A stretch of DNA of 64,000 nucleotides from the IMG/VR virus record IMGVR_UViG_3300050120_000210, positions 64,001-128,000 of that record. One strand, given 5' to 3'. A program made the translations under genes and the position numbers. This stretch comes from a virus. The notes beneath the pieces were generated by a model that saw only the letters and a list, made by a program, of their open reading frames with translations, was not told where the DNA came from and did no database searches. Positions 49,466 to 58,777 of the stretch are shown here, one piece after another (within the stretch, counting starts at the first letter, position 1; each line of letters starts with the position of its first letter).

Positions 49466-50073
49466 TTAATCGGCCGGAAATAGATGTTGTCCTCGTTCTG
49501 TTGCTTCATAGTCTTGAAGACTTCGTATCCCTTGTCACTCAAGAAATCCAAAGCCTCTTCCATGGTGTGCTGGCCTTTGTAGAGCATGACTTCTTCGCTC
49601 TGCGGAACTTCGATGACGCCTTCTTGGATCAGGGCAAAATAATCGGCCATACCACGAAGAACCGCCAGATCACTTCCTTGCGTGTCACAATGGAAGAAGT
49701 CGATTTTGTTGATCTTGACCACTTCCAGCCACGTATCCAGACGAATCACCGGCACCACGAGGGATGTCTCGTAGAAGAAATCTGTCCGATCCGGCCAAGT
49801 CACGTCGAGACCGTCAGCAAATTCCAGCAAGGAACTGCAACCCCAATCTGCGTGGGCGGTGATGTTGAACTTGGCGACGCCATTGAAGTCGCTAACAGCA
49901 GACGGGATAGCGGAAAATCGCTCCCTGAACGGCGCGCTCTGTTGCATGAGATGCACGTACAATTCCGGCGTCGGCTCGAACGCATACGCACGATAGTGCG
50001 GGTTGTTGCGAGTAATGTCGAGACAGTCAGCGCCCCAGTTGGCCCCCACGTCGAAAAGAGTGAACTGATCCAT
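49462..50073 (-). CDS. FkbM-family methyltransferase
   Basis: FDVGANWG, AFEP, RLD, DTQGSDL; TATAAATA at 50095-50102. Confidence 0.88.
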   Translation of the reverse strand: MDQFTLFDVGANWGADCLDITRNNPHYRAYAFEPTPELYVHLMQQSAPFRERFSAIPSAVSDFNGVAKFNITAHADWGCSSLLEFADGLDVTWPDRTDFFYETSLVVPVIRLDTWLEVVKINKIDFFHCDTQGSDLAVLRGMADYFALIQEGVIEVPQSEEVMLYKGQHTMEEALDFLSDKGYEVFKTMKQQNEDNIYFRPIK

Positions 50074-50097
50074 AAAAAACCTCTGTAATAGCCGTAT

Positions 50098-50802
50098 TTA
50101 TACGGGTTGATATTGACCAGCCGGAGTGTGCTGGATTGTTTTGTTAATGTGGAACTCATTCCACGGCAGACCCAATTTCTGGATGTGATGGACTGATAAA
50201 GTGTGGGGGCAAAGCAGGCCCGTCTCGGCGTAATATTCTTCGAGCTTCATGCCGATTGTCGCGAAACGAGAGACGTTCTCATAGGAGCCGATCTGGAACA
50301 TATCGCCGGTCCCGCCGCCCATGTGGTTGCGGTGAGCCAGCGTATAGAACGTGTTCGGATCGAAGTTCGGCATGGCGTCGTGCAAGATCATGTCCGGCCG
50401 CATCCGAATCACGAGATCGTATTTCTTGCCGGTCTGCATGATGTGCTCTTCGAGCAGGTTCATGGCGGCGCCCATCTTGTAGAACATCGAGATAATGTTC
50501 CGGGGCCGGTGATAGAAGTTCGGGAACCCTTCGGCACGCTTCGCGAAAGTCGTCAGATAGTTGTCGAAATGCTCGACCACCATCTTGATCGGCTTGTATG
50601 CATCACAGGCCGCGTGCGGGTCGAGGGCATCACTCTGCTCATGAATGCCGATGGCGCCTTCCTGCGGCACCCACCAGCCTTCGTTGTCCCACGTATGGAT
50701 GAAAACGTCGGGACTGTAGCGGTCGATGAACTGCTCTTTGAAATTGGGGAACACTTGGTTCCAGCAGCGCATGTGACCAGAAAGAACAACAGCGACGTTC
50801 AT
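50098..50802 (-). CDS. Putative glycosyltransferase-like protein
   Basis: AVVLSGHMR, DVFIHTW, SMFYK, YDLVIRMRPD. Confidence 0.7.
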   Translation of the reverse strand: MNVAVVLSGHMRCWNQVFPNFKEQFIDRYSPDVFIHTWDNEGWWVPQEGAIGIHEQSDALDPHAACDAYKPIKMVVEHFDNYLTTFAKRAEGFPNFYHRPRNIISMFYKMGAAMNLLEEHIMQTGKKYDLVIRMRPDMILHDAMPNFDPNTFYTLAHRNHMGGGTGDMFQIGSYENVSRFATIGMKLEEYYAETGLLCPHTLSVHHIQKLGLPWNEFHINKTIQHTPAGQYQPV

Positions 50803-51041
50803 TTGCCGTTTAGCCCTTCGAGGAAAGGCGTGATGACATCGCCGGGAATCTTCTGGCCACGCGGTGCGTGACCCATTTGCCTGACGAAAATGTTCACGGC
50901 TTGCCGAATGGCATCAGCTTCAAGCTGAAGGCCATACGCCTTATAGTCGTCACAGACCGTGCCGCGACAGTTGTTGGCTTCTTGCTGAAGTCGATCACCC
51001 GCCTTTTGGAGGATGTAGACCATCTCTTCGTTAATTACCAT
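50799..51041 (-). CDS. Hypothetical protein
   Basis: Coupled ORF within the cluster. Confidence 0.55.
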   Translation of the reverse strand: MVINEEMVYILQKAGDRLQQEANNCRGTVCDDYKAYGLQLEADAIRQAVNIFVRQMGHAPRGQKIPGDVITPFLEGLNGK

Positions 51042-51216
51042 CAGCAGCCTCGTCAGCAATAACCAAATTGAGATTGTCTCGGGCGACGTTCAGTTTTTCG
51101 ATTGCTTTCTCAAGGTGAAAATTGTCTTCACCTTCAATGAACTCATCTCGAATTTTAGACATCGTCTCCTCGATTTCAGACACGGTGTCAGTCAACCTAT
51201 CAGCAAGAGCGGTCAT
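51031..51216 (-). CDS. Small coiled-coil protein
   Basis: TGATG coupling. Confidence 0.55.
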   Translation of the reverse strand: MTALADRLTDTVSEIEETMSKIRDEFIEGEDNFHLEKAIEKLNVARDNLNLVIADEAADGN

Positions 51217-52595
51217 CAGACTTTGCCCTTGTATTCTTGGAGGAAGGCATTCAGGTCTTCGGGCGTGCCGATGCCCCACATCGCGTCGATGGTCTTAACG
51301 CGAATTTTCTTGCCGTCTTCGATGGCTTGGTTGAACACCGGCGCCACGTAGAACTCGCCGTTGACACGAATGTCTTTCTCGATCATCTGCTCGGCGTATT
51401 TCACGAAATCCGATCCGTGCTGCCAGTAGTAGAAGCCAACCGTGGCTTGGTCGCTGATGACGCGTTTCTCAGCCACCTCGGAGACGAAACCGTCTTCGCC
51501 GACCTTGGCGTAGGACCACTTCGGGTGGTTGGCTTCGAATGTTAGGATGCCGCCGTCGATGGTGTCGGCCTTGAAGGCATACATGCATTCGTTGGCGTTC
51601 CACTGCACGAATTGGTCAGAGTTGGCGAAAAACAACGGAGCATCGCTGTCGATGTGCTTTTTTGCCAAAAGGGCTGTGCAAGCTGCACCCTCGGTGATGC
51701 CCTCGGTGAGCACGATCTTACAGCCCGGCGCGATCTTTGTCAGAACGTTTTCCAGATCGTATTTCTCGTAATGCTCTTTCTGAGCGACGAAAATGTAGTT
51801 CGCCTCGATGTTGAGGTTCTCGACGACCACTTGGATCATGGGTTTGCCGTGGACCTCAATCAGCGGCTTCGGGAACGTGTAGCCCGCTTGAGCGAACCGC
51901 GATCCGGCGCCAGCCATTGGGATCAGAACGTTGAGCTTCTTGTCCCGCCAAGGAATAGCCTTGCCGGTGTTCTTGTTTTCCATGACTGCGATTTCCTCAA
52001 AGATGCGAGCTTGGTCCCAGTCGGCGGCGTGCTCGACGGGCAAAAGGTGGGCTCCCGAATCTAGCGCGCCTTGGCGGCCGATGTGAGAGTCTTCCACAAT
52101 GATGGTGTTCTTGGGCAACGCGTTGAGCGCCGTCATGCACTGCCAATACATTTCAGGATAGGGCTTGGTGCGTTTCACGTCCTCATTGCTGACGTAGAAA
52201 TCCACGTATTCGAGCACCCCGATGGCCATGAGCGCCAGCTTGACCGTCTCGCGAATGCTGTTGCTCGCGCAGGCGATTTTCCAACCGTGGGCTTTGATCG
52301 CCTTGAAGGTCTCGACCGCACGCTCATCGACCGGAAATTGCTTGATGAGTTCGAAGGTCGCGGTCTGTTTGTCCTGCCACACCTTGTTGTAGGCGCCCTT
52401 CGGAAGACCCTTGCGCTCACTGAGCATCTCAAGTTTCCGCGTGGTGTTGAGACCATCGTAGAGGCTGAGATGTTCTTCGCGCGAGATGACGAATTGCTCG
52501 CCCGCATCAGCCAGCGCCGCGTTCAAGGCATGGTAATGCAAGTCCCGACTATCGAGCAGCACACCATCCAAATCGAAGATGATGAGCCTAGTCAT
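51216..52595 (-). CDS. HAD phosphatase / sugar-nucleotidyltransferase fusion
   Basis: IFDLDGVL, KP.P, EDS; IPMAGAGSRF..PKPLI, EK, GTPEDL. Confidence 0.9.
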   Translation of the reverse strand: MTRLIIFDLDGVLLDSRDLHYHALNAALADAGEQFVISREEHLSLYDGLNTTRKLEMLSERKGLPKGAYNKVWQDKQTATFELIKQFPVDERAVETFKAIKAHGWKIACASNSIRETVKLALMAIGVLEYVDFYVSNEDVKRTKPYPEMYWQCMTALNALPKNTIIVEDSHIGRQGALDSGAHLLPVEHAADWDQARIFEEIAVMENKNTGKAIPWRDKKLNVLIPMAGAGSRFAQAGYTFPKPLIEVHGKPMIQVVVENLNIEANYIFVAQKEHYEKYDLENVLTKIAPGCKIVLTEGITEGAACTALLAKKHIDSDAPLFFANSDQFVQWNANECMYAFKADTIDGGILTFEANHPKWSYAKVGEDGFVSEVAEKRVISDQATVGFYYWQHGSDFVKYAEQMIEKDIRVNGEFYVAPVFNQAIEDGKKIRVKTIDAMWGIGTPEDLNAFLQEYKGKV

Positions 52596-53409
52596 TGTAG
52601 TCACGGAACACGATGAAGGGATCGTTGTAATCGAGCGGATGAAGCTCGAACAGGTCCGGGTTGCCGAAATAGCACATGAGCCACAGACCTTGGTCGTCAT
52701 CGACCAACCCAACGTTCATGAGGTTGTCCAAGGACTGCTGCATACCTTCGGCGAGCGGCTTCCAAAATGAGCGGTTCGCAACGACCATGGCGCCGAAAAT
52801 CACCACGCTGTTGTTGGTGACCGCGTGCATGATGTGCTCGTTCATTTTGTCCACTTGCGGAACTTGGCAGTTCCAGAAATGGACTTTCTTGGGATCGAAA
52901 TCGTAAGTCCATTTGCGCTTGCCAGCGAGCGACTTGGTGTCTCGGCAATAACCGAAATCCAGCCATGCCACGGTGGTGTTGCTGACCAGATCGCGAGCAA
53001 TGGCTTCCTGAACGAAGTGGGCTTTCAGCGAAGTGACCAGCACGTAATCCTCGCACCAATATTCCGGGTTGCGGATTTGGCTCGGGTTGATCTTGGCCGG
53101 GAAATTCGGGTCATCCATGACGGCCCGGATTTGAGCGCGTCGTGCCGCGAACTCGGTATTCAAGTCTACTTCTTGAACACGGAAATTGACCTTGGCTGCT
53201 CCAAGTTCTCGCAGCTTGGGGGCGATCTCAGGAGAGGTGAACACGATCACTTCATTGTCCAGAGCCAGAAGGTGCGCGAAGCGGTCGATGTAGGTATCGG
53301 TGCTACGCTCAAGATAGTGAGGCAAAGCGCCGCCTCGTTGCTGCACACTTTGGTTCCAGCCTCCACGACCAATGTCGAAGAAGGCAGTTACAATGGTAAT
53401 ATCGGTCAC
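52588..53409 (-). CDS. HtrL/YibB-family (glycosyltransferase-like) protein
   Basis: TIVTAFFDIGRG.W, PEYW, AWLDFGYCR, DDDQ; TATAAATA at 53435-53442. Confidence 0.85.
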   Translation of the reverse strand: MTDITIVTAFFDIGRGGWNQSVQQRGGALPHYLERSTDTYIDRFAHLLALDNEVIVFTSPEIAPKLRELGAAKVNFRVQEVDLNTEFAARRAQIRAVMDDPNFPAKINPSQIRNPEYWCEDYVLVTSLKAHFVQEAIARDLVSNTTVAWLDFGYCRDTKSLAGKRKWTYDFDPKKVHFWNCQVPQVDKMNEHIMHAVTNNSVVIFGAMVVANRSFWKPLAEGMQQSLDNLMNVGLVDDDQGLWLMCYFGNPDLFELHPLDYNDPFIVFRDYND

Positions 53410-53471
53410 GAATACTCTCCGAGGATTATAGTAGTATTTATATCCCACGAAAGTAATGGTGTTGGCGATAT

Positions 53472-54008
53472 TTACTCGCTCATCATGTCTGCATATTCTT
53501 CTTCGATTTTCTTCTCACGCAGCAACGTGAACAGCTTGCCGAGCACAACCATGGCCGTGCGTTCGGGGTTGAAACCCCGTTGATCTTTCATACTCAGATG
53601 GTAGCCAAGTTTGACCAGTCGTGCTTCGAGCACGCGAGCCATTTTGGTATAGAGTTCACCCCGGCCGGTTGTGACCTTACCGACGAACTCCACACCATAG
53701 GGATGACGTTGGTTAATGAACGTTTCCAAGCATTCGAGAGCTTTGCCAAACACTTTGACGCTCTGCGTTCCGACCTTACCGGTGTTGTCAATACGATCCT
53801 TGACGCCATCTTCGGCGGTGGGGTCTGCTTCGGCGGCGTAAAACAGGAAATGGTAGAAATTGCTTCCACCCGCATCTTGGATGAACTTGGCAACAAAGCT
53901 CTCGCCGCCGACTTCGAAAGTCGCAGTCTTGTAGTCTGTCCAGTTTACACCGGTCGAATCGAACAGTTCGTCAATTCGATTTTCGACTAGGTCGATTAGC
54001 TCTCTCAT
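53472..54008 (-). CDS. Putative virion-internal protein
   Basis: MRELIDLVENRIDELFD. Confidence 0.7.
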   Translation of the reverse strand: MRELIDLVENRIDELFDSTGVNWTDYKTATFEVGGESFVAKFIQDAGGSNFYHFLFYAAEADPTAEDGVKDRIDNTGKVGTQSVKVFGKALECLETFINQRHPYGVEFVGKVTTGRGELYTKMARVLEARLVKLGYHLSMKDQRGFNPERTAMVVLGKLFTLLREKKIEEEYADMMSE

Positions 54009-54853
54009 TTAAGTTTCCGCCGATACTGCGTCGCGTTCTGAATGACCCATTTGACGCAACTCTCAAAATCACCAGTGAACAGAGTAGTTTCCCCGTTGCG
54101 TAGGCGATACCGACTCTTGACGTTCCAGTCGTCGCGCTTCGACGCGCGATAGAGAACGACAATGTCTTGCGGCGAAACGTCGGCGCCCCAAAACATGACC
54201 TGATCTTCTTCGTCACCGTGGTGATAGGCGTGAACACCCGAGTTTTGAAAAAGGACTGCACACTGTCCATAGCTTCCTTTGTTCGCTGCATTGCTTGCGT
54301 AGCGGCTCTGTGCAGTGAACGCGAAATTGTAGCCGCCTTCTTTTTTGTCCCATCCGTCGTTCTTGAACCACGTCGTGAGACCGAGTTTGTCCATTTGATC
54401 GATGCCGATGGTGAAACCCTGTGCAGCGATGTCGTAAGGATGATCGGTGAAATGAACCAACCACGTTGTTCTCGGCAGAAGCGTTTTACCTTTGCTCTGC
54501 ATGTGAGCCCACGTCGGGGCTTCGGCCGGATCATGTTGGAGGAGTTCTTCGACCACGTCTTCGGCGCTTCGGCTCTGAAGGTCTTCCGGCAGCTTGTAGA
54601 AGATTTCCGGGTCTTCTTCTTGAAGCTGTTCTTCGTCGTGGATTTCGTGCCCTGCGGCCTCTGACGCTTCTTCCAGATAGCCGTTTCGGGCCAGCCAGTT
54701 GCACACGTCATTCCAGTGACGATATGGATCGAACTCGCCTTTTTGCATATACTGTTTCAAGTAGACGTTGTCGCGCGTATACTTCTCATCTAGCTCCGGG
54801 GCTTCAGCCACCGTCGCCTCTACAATGTTGATGAGTTTACGCATTCCCGACAT
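54005..54853 (-). CDS. Putative virion-internal protein, ART-like fold possible
   Basis: MRKLINIVE..LDE; WLVHFT..I..QGF, FAF, DEEDQV; CTAAATA 5 nt before ATG. Confidence 0.65.
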   Translation of the reverse strand: MSGMRKLINIVEATVAEAPELDEKYTRDNVYLKQYMQKGEFDPYRHWNDVCNWLARNGYLEEASEAAGHEIHDEEQLQEEDPEIFYKLPEDLQSRSAEDVVEELLQHDPAEAPTWAHMQSKGKTLLPRTTWLVHFTDHPYDIAAQGFTIGIDQMDKLGLTTWFKNDGWDKKEGGYNFAFTAQSRYASNAANKGSYGQCAVLFQNSGVHAYHHGDEEDQVMFWGADVSPQDIVVLYRASKRDDWNVKSRYRLRNGETTLFTGDFESCVKWVIQNATQYRRKLK

Positions 54854-54903
54854 AGGATTATTTAGGCTTGACCTCGCTTTCGAAATTGGGTTTGGTTCCC
54901 CAG

Positions 54904-55641
54904 ATGAGTCAGACCGGCACCAATGGCATCACAGTCACTTACAATGTGACCTGTTACACCACGAGCGGTGTGACCTACGCTTCGAATGATGTGAAGCTCA
55001 CTCCGAAAGAACGCAGGCGGCGAGAGAGCACGCGCAAGTGGCTCGAAAAATGCCGCGTTCGTTTTGAAGCTAGCCACAAACTCGAAATGGCTCGGATTCA
55101 TGCCGAATCCAAAGCCAACGCATGGCGCCCGCATGTTTCCAGCGGGAAGGTGAGCAATCCCTACGAGTTCAATTTTTGGACGATCACGCCCGGCGAAGAG
55201 AACGAGATGGACCGACTGTGGCGGACGACTGTCGTTCGCTACAAGAAGGGTTGGTGCGGCATGACCCTGAACGATCCGAGTCTCTACGAGCGGGAGCGGA
55301 TCGATGCCTTCATCAAGAAACTCGGCAAGAAAAACGTCCTCATCGATCACGATGGGACGTGGTTCGAATGGGATGAATCCTGCGGTCATATCGGCAGCTT
55401 CACGGCCGTGCAAATGGGCGTGTGGTTTCGCACGCTCGACGATCACAATGCGTTCGTCGCCTTGATCCAAAGTTTTCCGAAGCGGGACCAGATGTTCATT
55501 CTGGGAGATGCGGCCGACGTGGGCGCCATTCGACATTTGCTCGAAGGCGAAAACTATCTAATCGTCAAGGGCAGCCACGGTGTTGCGCTTACGATGCCTA
55601 CGGGCAACAACGCCGTTCTTGTTAAGATGTTTGTCGGGTAG
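54904..55641 (+). CDS. Protein with two DAxLFKMF-like modules
   Basis: VWFRTLDDHNAFV and terminal NNAVLVKMF. Confidence 0.65.
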   Translation: MSQTGTNGITVTYNVTCYTTSGVTYASNDVKLTPKERRRRESTRKWLEKCRVRFEASHKLEMARIHAESKANAWRPHVSSGKVSNPYEFNFWTITPGEENEMDRLWRTTVVRYKKGWCGMTLNDPSLYERERIDAFIKKLGKKNVLIDHDGTWFEWDESCGHIGSFTAVQMGVWFRTLDDHNAFVALIQSFPKRDQMFILGDAADVGAIRHLLEGENYLIVKGSHGVALTMPTGNNAVLVKMFVG

Positions 55642-55932
55642 CACTTTCAGAGTCATGTGCTCGCCGTAGTGCAGCTTGAAATAGACGGCCTCTGCCTCAG
55701 ACTCGAACTCCATCGTCAGAATGACCGTGTGCTGAAGACCATCCGGGCGTTCGTGCGTGAGCACTTGGGCGCGGACGTGGGTGATGAACAGATTCCAATC
55801 CACGATGTCGGCCGCCGGGTCCACCTCCCGTTTCAGCGCATCGCGCATCAGATTGACGACGGCCATGTGGATCGCGTCTTGGCGATTGTAGGCGGGGCCA
55901 CAGCCCATCCGCATGACTTCGTATTCGAGCAT
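55558..55932 (-). CDS. Small protein, DAxLFKMF family
   Basis: MEFESEAEAVYFKLHY. Confidence 0.7.
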   Translation of the reverse strand: MLEYEVMRMGCGPAYNRQDAIHMAVVNLMRDALKREVDPAADIVDWNLFITHVRAQVLTHERPDGLQHTVILTMEFESEAEAVYFKLHYGEHMTLKVLPDKHLNKNGVVARRHRKRNTVAALDD

Positions 55933-56213
55933 CAGAACCACCGAAGCTTGAACAGTGTCGCGTCTTCAACGAACTCGAACCAGACCAGATAGGCGAACGA
56001 ACCATCCACGATGTCCATGCCGGATGCGTAAATCTTCGGAGAGACTTCGACTGCGTCGTAGTGTCCGCGCATGTTCTTCTTGCACCATGTTTCGCAGGCA
56101 GGCTGGAACACCGGCTTGGTCGTCACGGGCATATCGCCACGCAAAATTTGCTCGAAGGCGATGTCGAGTGGCAGATGGACCCGCGTGGCCTGACGGGCGA
56201 AGTCCATGCTCAT
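55932..56213 (-). CDS. Small protein, DAxLFKMF family
   Basis: CETWCKKN; VWFEFVEDATLFKLRWF. Confidence 0.75.
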   Translation of the reverse strand: MSMDFARQATRVHLPLDIAFEQILRGDMPVTTKPVFQPACETWCKKNMRGHYDAVEVSPKIYASGMDIVDGSFAYLVWFEFVEDATLFKLRWF

Positions 56214-56386
56214 GGAAGGCGGAACTTCCCGCTGAACCATTTCACCACGAGATAGAGAACAAAGGTGACCCCGATGCCCCAGATGAGCAACCACGCCAAG
56301 GCGTGAGCGATCCACGACAACGGGATGGCGATGACCAGCCCGAGACACAGTCCGAACAGGAACGCTTCTTGACGAGAGAAATGCAT
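56210..56386 (-). CDS. Small two-TM membrane protein
   Basis: Hydrophobic, coupled. Confidence 0.65.
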   Translation of the reverse strand: MHFSRQEAFLFGLCLGLVIAIPLSWIAHALAWLLIWGIGVTFVLYLVVKWFSGKFRLP

Positions 56387-56760
56387 CAGGCGGCTTTCTT
56401 CAAAAGTTTTTCGGCTTCGGCGTAGCCCTTGGCGGTTGGCGCGAGGACCGACCATGTGATGTCGTTGGACCCGCCATGGGATGACGACTTCACCCTGAAG
56501 TTGACCATCTTCAACAGGCCATCCTTGACCAGTCGCCGACAGTGGCGGCAGTAGGCTCGCCCACCCTCGTGATGCAGAGACACGCCGGGGACGCCCAGAT
56601 AGCCGGGTTTCACCGTTCCGTTTCGGACAGCAGTCGCTTTCTGCACAGCTTCAAGCAGAACCTCACGGCGGATGTCCGCACCCTTCTTGACGAAGGCCGA
56701 CGCACCCCACCAGTAGGACCAGCGATAGTCTGCAACGGGTTTGATGTTTCGACCGATCAT
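56386..56760 (-). CDS. Hypothetical protein (winged-helix-like)
   Basis: RRLVKDGLL...TAKG. Confidence 0.6.
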   Translation of the reverse strand: MIGRNIKPVADYRWSYWWGASAFVKKGADIRREVLLEAVQKATAVRNGTVKPGYLGVPGVSLHHEGGRAYCRHCRRLVKDGLLKMVNFRVKSSSHGGSNDITWSVLAPTAKGYAEAEKLLKKAA

Positions 56761-56948
56761 CAGAAGTCGCGCTCCCATTCCTCGTCGGACGCTTCATCGA
56801 GCATCTTCTTGGCGTCAGCACGCCACTTGTCCCGTTGCTTGGATGACATGGCGCCCCACGACGGAGACAGACCCGGCGGCGCGGCGCGCACATGGCTCTC
56901 GTAGAGAGCGATGGCCACGAGTTCGAGATGAGCAACATCCTTTTTCAC
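56760..56948 (-). CDS. Small hypothetical protein
   Basis: VAIALYE..W......W..A pattern. Confidence 0.6.
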   Translation of the reverse strand: MKKDVAHLELVAIALYESHVRAAPPGLSPSWGAMSSKQRDKWRADAKKMLDEASDEEWERDF

Positions 56949-58480
56949 AGGACGCTCCGCAAGAGTTCGATGGATCGCTCACGACCATAGGCGGCGATAA
57001 ACGAGCCGAAGCGCGGCCCTTGTTCGTCGCCGAAATAGACCTCGTAGATGGCCTTGAACCAGTCGCGCAGCGGCTCGAACATGAACGACTTGCCAATCTC
57101 GTAGACATGCCACTGGTAGCCTTCACCATCCAGTTCATCACTGAGGTTTTCGAGGGTGTCAGCCAGTTCGGAGAACGCTCGTGCTTCATACTCGGTCGGG
57201 GGGCGGCGGGGCTTCCGCTCAACATGCTCACGCACGTAGGCGATGACACCGGGAACAAGGCTCCCAATGAATGCGCGGTCGCCAACACTCAGCGACTTGT
57301 ATTGGTCGAGGTAGTTCATCAGTGTTTCGGCATCCTGCGCGCCCGAAACGGTCGCGAGGTTGATGAGCAGGCTATAGCTCACGTCCGCGTTGTAGGGCGG
57401 GGGCGAGCCTTCATGAACGTGCCACACGGGCGAGTCGAGGCGAGCCTTCCCTTCGAGCGCCGGGAAGGCGGTAAGAGCCTTGAGATATTCATCGGTCACA
57501 CGAGGGATCACCGAAGGCGTAAACGCCTTCGCCGAGCGCGGCGACATGAACATGAACTGTGCCAGTGGGCCGGACGCACTATAGCGGTTCCACGTTTCCG
57601 TGGTCATGCCGTTGCCCAGCGACTTCGAAAGCTTGCGGCCTTCGTCGTCAAGGAACAGTTCATAGAAATAGGTCAACGGCGCCTTGCGGCCGACCGCCTT
57701 GCAGATACGGGTACTGAGCACGGCGCTGTCGATCAAATCCTTGCCGTGCATCTCGTAATCGATGTTGAACGCCATCCAGCGCATCGCCCAGTCAACCTTC
57801 CATTGAAGCTTGACCTGACCACCAAAGATGCTGGTCTGATGAATCGAACCGTCTTCGTCGGTGAACGTGATTTCGTAATCGCCGAGAAGACACACGTTCG
57901 CATTGTCCAACACCTTGCCGGTGTTGGGGCTGAGCGGCATGAACGGCGAATAGGTTTCGGCACGATTGCCGCCTTGACCACCGAGCGACGGCAGCATGAT
58001 CTTCATGACCGCGTCATAGTGATCGTAGATGAGCTTCAGAGCTTCATTGAATCCACCACCGGCATAAATCTCCGTGGACGACACGAACTCGTAGCCCACT
58101 TCCATGCGGTCCAAGAAATGTCGAAGAGCGATGTTGTTTCGGGCGGCGAAACTCGAAAACTCACCGAACGGATCACACACACGCGTCAACGGAAGACCGA
58201 TGTCTTCGCTCATTGATGCGGGCATACCGTCCGGTACGCGGCGGAAGCCGTCGTAATCATCCGAGAAAACGATCAGACGAGTTTCGACCTTACCTTCGGT
58301 CAGTTCCTCGAACGCGCAGCGGACCATGTTCGTGCGAACGACTTCACCGAACGTGCCGATGTGCGGGGCGCCAGAAGGACCGAAGCCAGTCTGAAAAGTC
58401 ACGAGGGGTTGCCCTTCCACACGCTGCAACAGCGCGCGGGCTTGTTCGAACGGCCATGACTTGGCTTCGAGGGCACTCAC
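56945..58480 (-). CDS. lysS: Class I lysyl-tRNA synthetase
   Basis: WPFE.A, TGFGPSGAPHIGTFGE, KLQWKVDWAMRW, GKDL, KLSKS, GPRFGSF; AAGGAG SD before GTG 58480. Confidence 0.96.
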   Translation of the reverse strand: MSALEAKSWPFEQARALLQRVEGQPLVTFQTGFGPSGAPHIGTFGEVVRTNMVRCAFEELTEGKVETRLIVFSDDYDGFRRVPDGMPASMSEDIGLPLTRVCDPFGEFSSFAARNNIALRHFLDRMEVGYEFVSSTEIYAGGGFNEALKLIYDHYDAVMKIMLPSLGGQGGNRAETYSPFMPLSPNTGKVLDNANVCLLGDYEITFTDEDGSIHQTSIFGGQVKLQWKVDWAMRWMAFNIDYEMHGKDLIDSAVLSTRICKAVGRKAPLTYFYELFLDDEGRKLSKSLGNGMTTETWNRYSASGPLAQFMFMSPRSAKAFTPSVIPRVTDEYLKALTAFPALEGKARLDSPVWHVHEGSPPPYNADVSYSLLINLATVSGAQDAETLMNYLDQYKSLSVGDRAFIGSLVPGVIAYVREHVERKPRRPPTEYEARAFSELADTLENLSDELDGEGYQWHVYEIGKSFMFEPLRDWFKAIYEVYFGDEQGPRFGSFIAAYGRERSIELLRSVL

Positions 58481-58493
58481 GTCGAGACTCCTT

Positions 58494-58763
58494 TTAGGCG
58501 GCGGCCAATTCACGTTGCCGCGCCTTGCTCAATTGGTCAGGCGACGGGCGATTTCGCCAGTCGTATACCAAATCGATCTGCTTGAAAACCACCGGCGTGG
58601 CAGTCTCCGCACAGGGTTGGCCATTGTCCAACATGATGTGGCCACGGCCACCGTTCGCCGGACCCGGCACGATGCCCCCGCCGAACAGACTGGTCATGAA
58701 CGCCAGACGTAGTTCACCATTATGCCGGACTAAGGTCCACGGCTTGTAGAGATTGCTTCGCAC
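58494..58763 (-). CDS. Hypothetical protein
   Basis: AAGGAGG SD. Confidence 0.7.
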   Translation of the reverse strand: MRSNLYKPWTLVRHNGELRLAFMTSLFGGGIVPGPANGGRGHIMLDNGQPCAETATPVVFKQIDLVYDWRNRPSPDQLSKARQRELAAA

Positions 58764-58777
58764 AGTGATCCTCCTTG

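Noticed and set aside
5669-56948. Third small family (5669, 12300, 56760) with an (I/V)AxA..W..(Y/W)..A pattern
   Set aside because: A common short phage motif, and the similarity is too weak to claim by eye.
13930-58480. Bacterial chromosome origin suggested by the synthetase genes
   Set aside because: They sit among tightly coupled small ORFs, T4-like late promoters and virion genes, with no cellular operon context.
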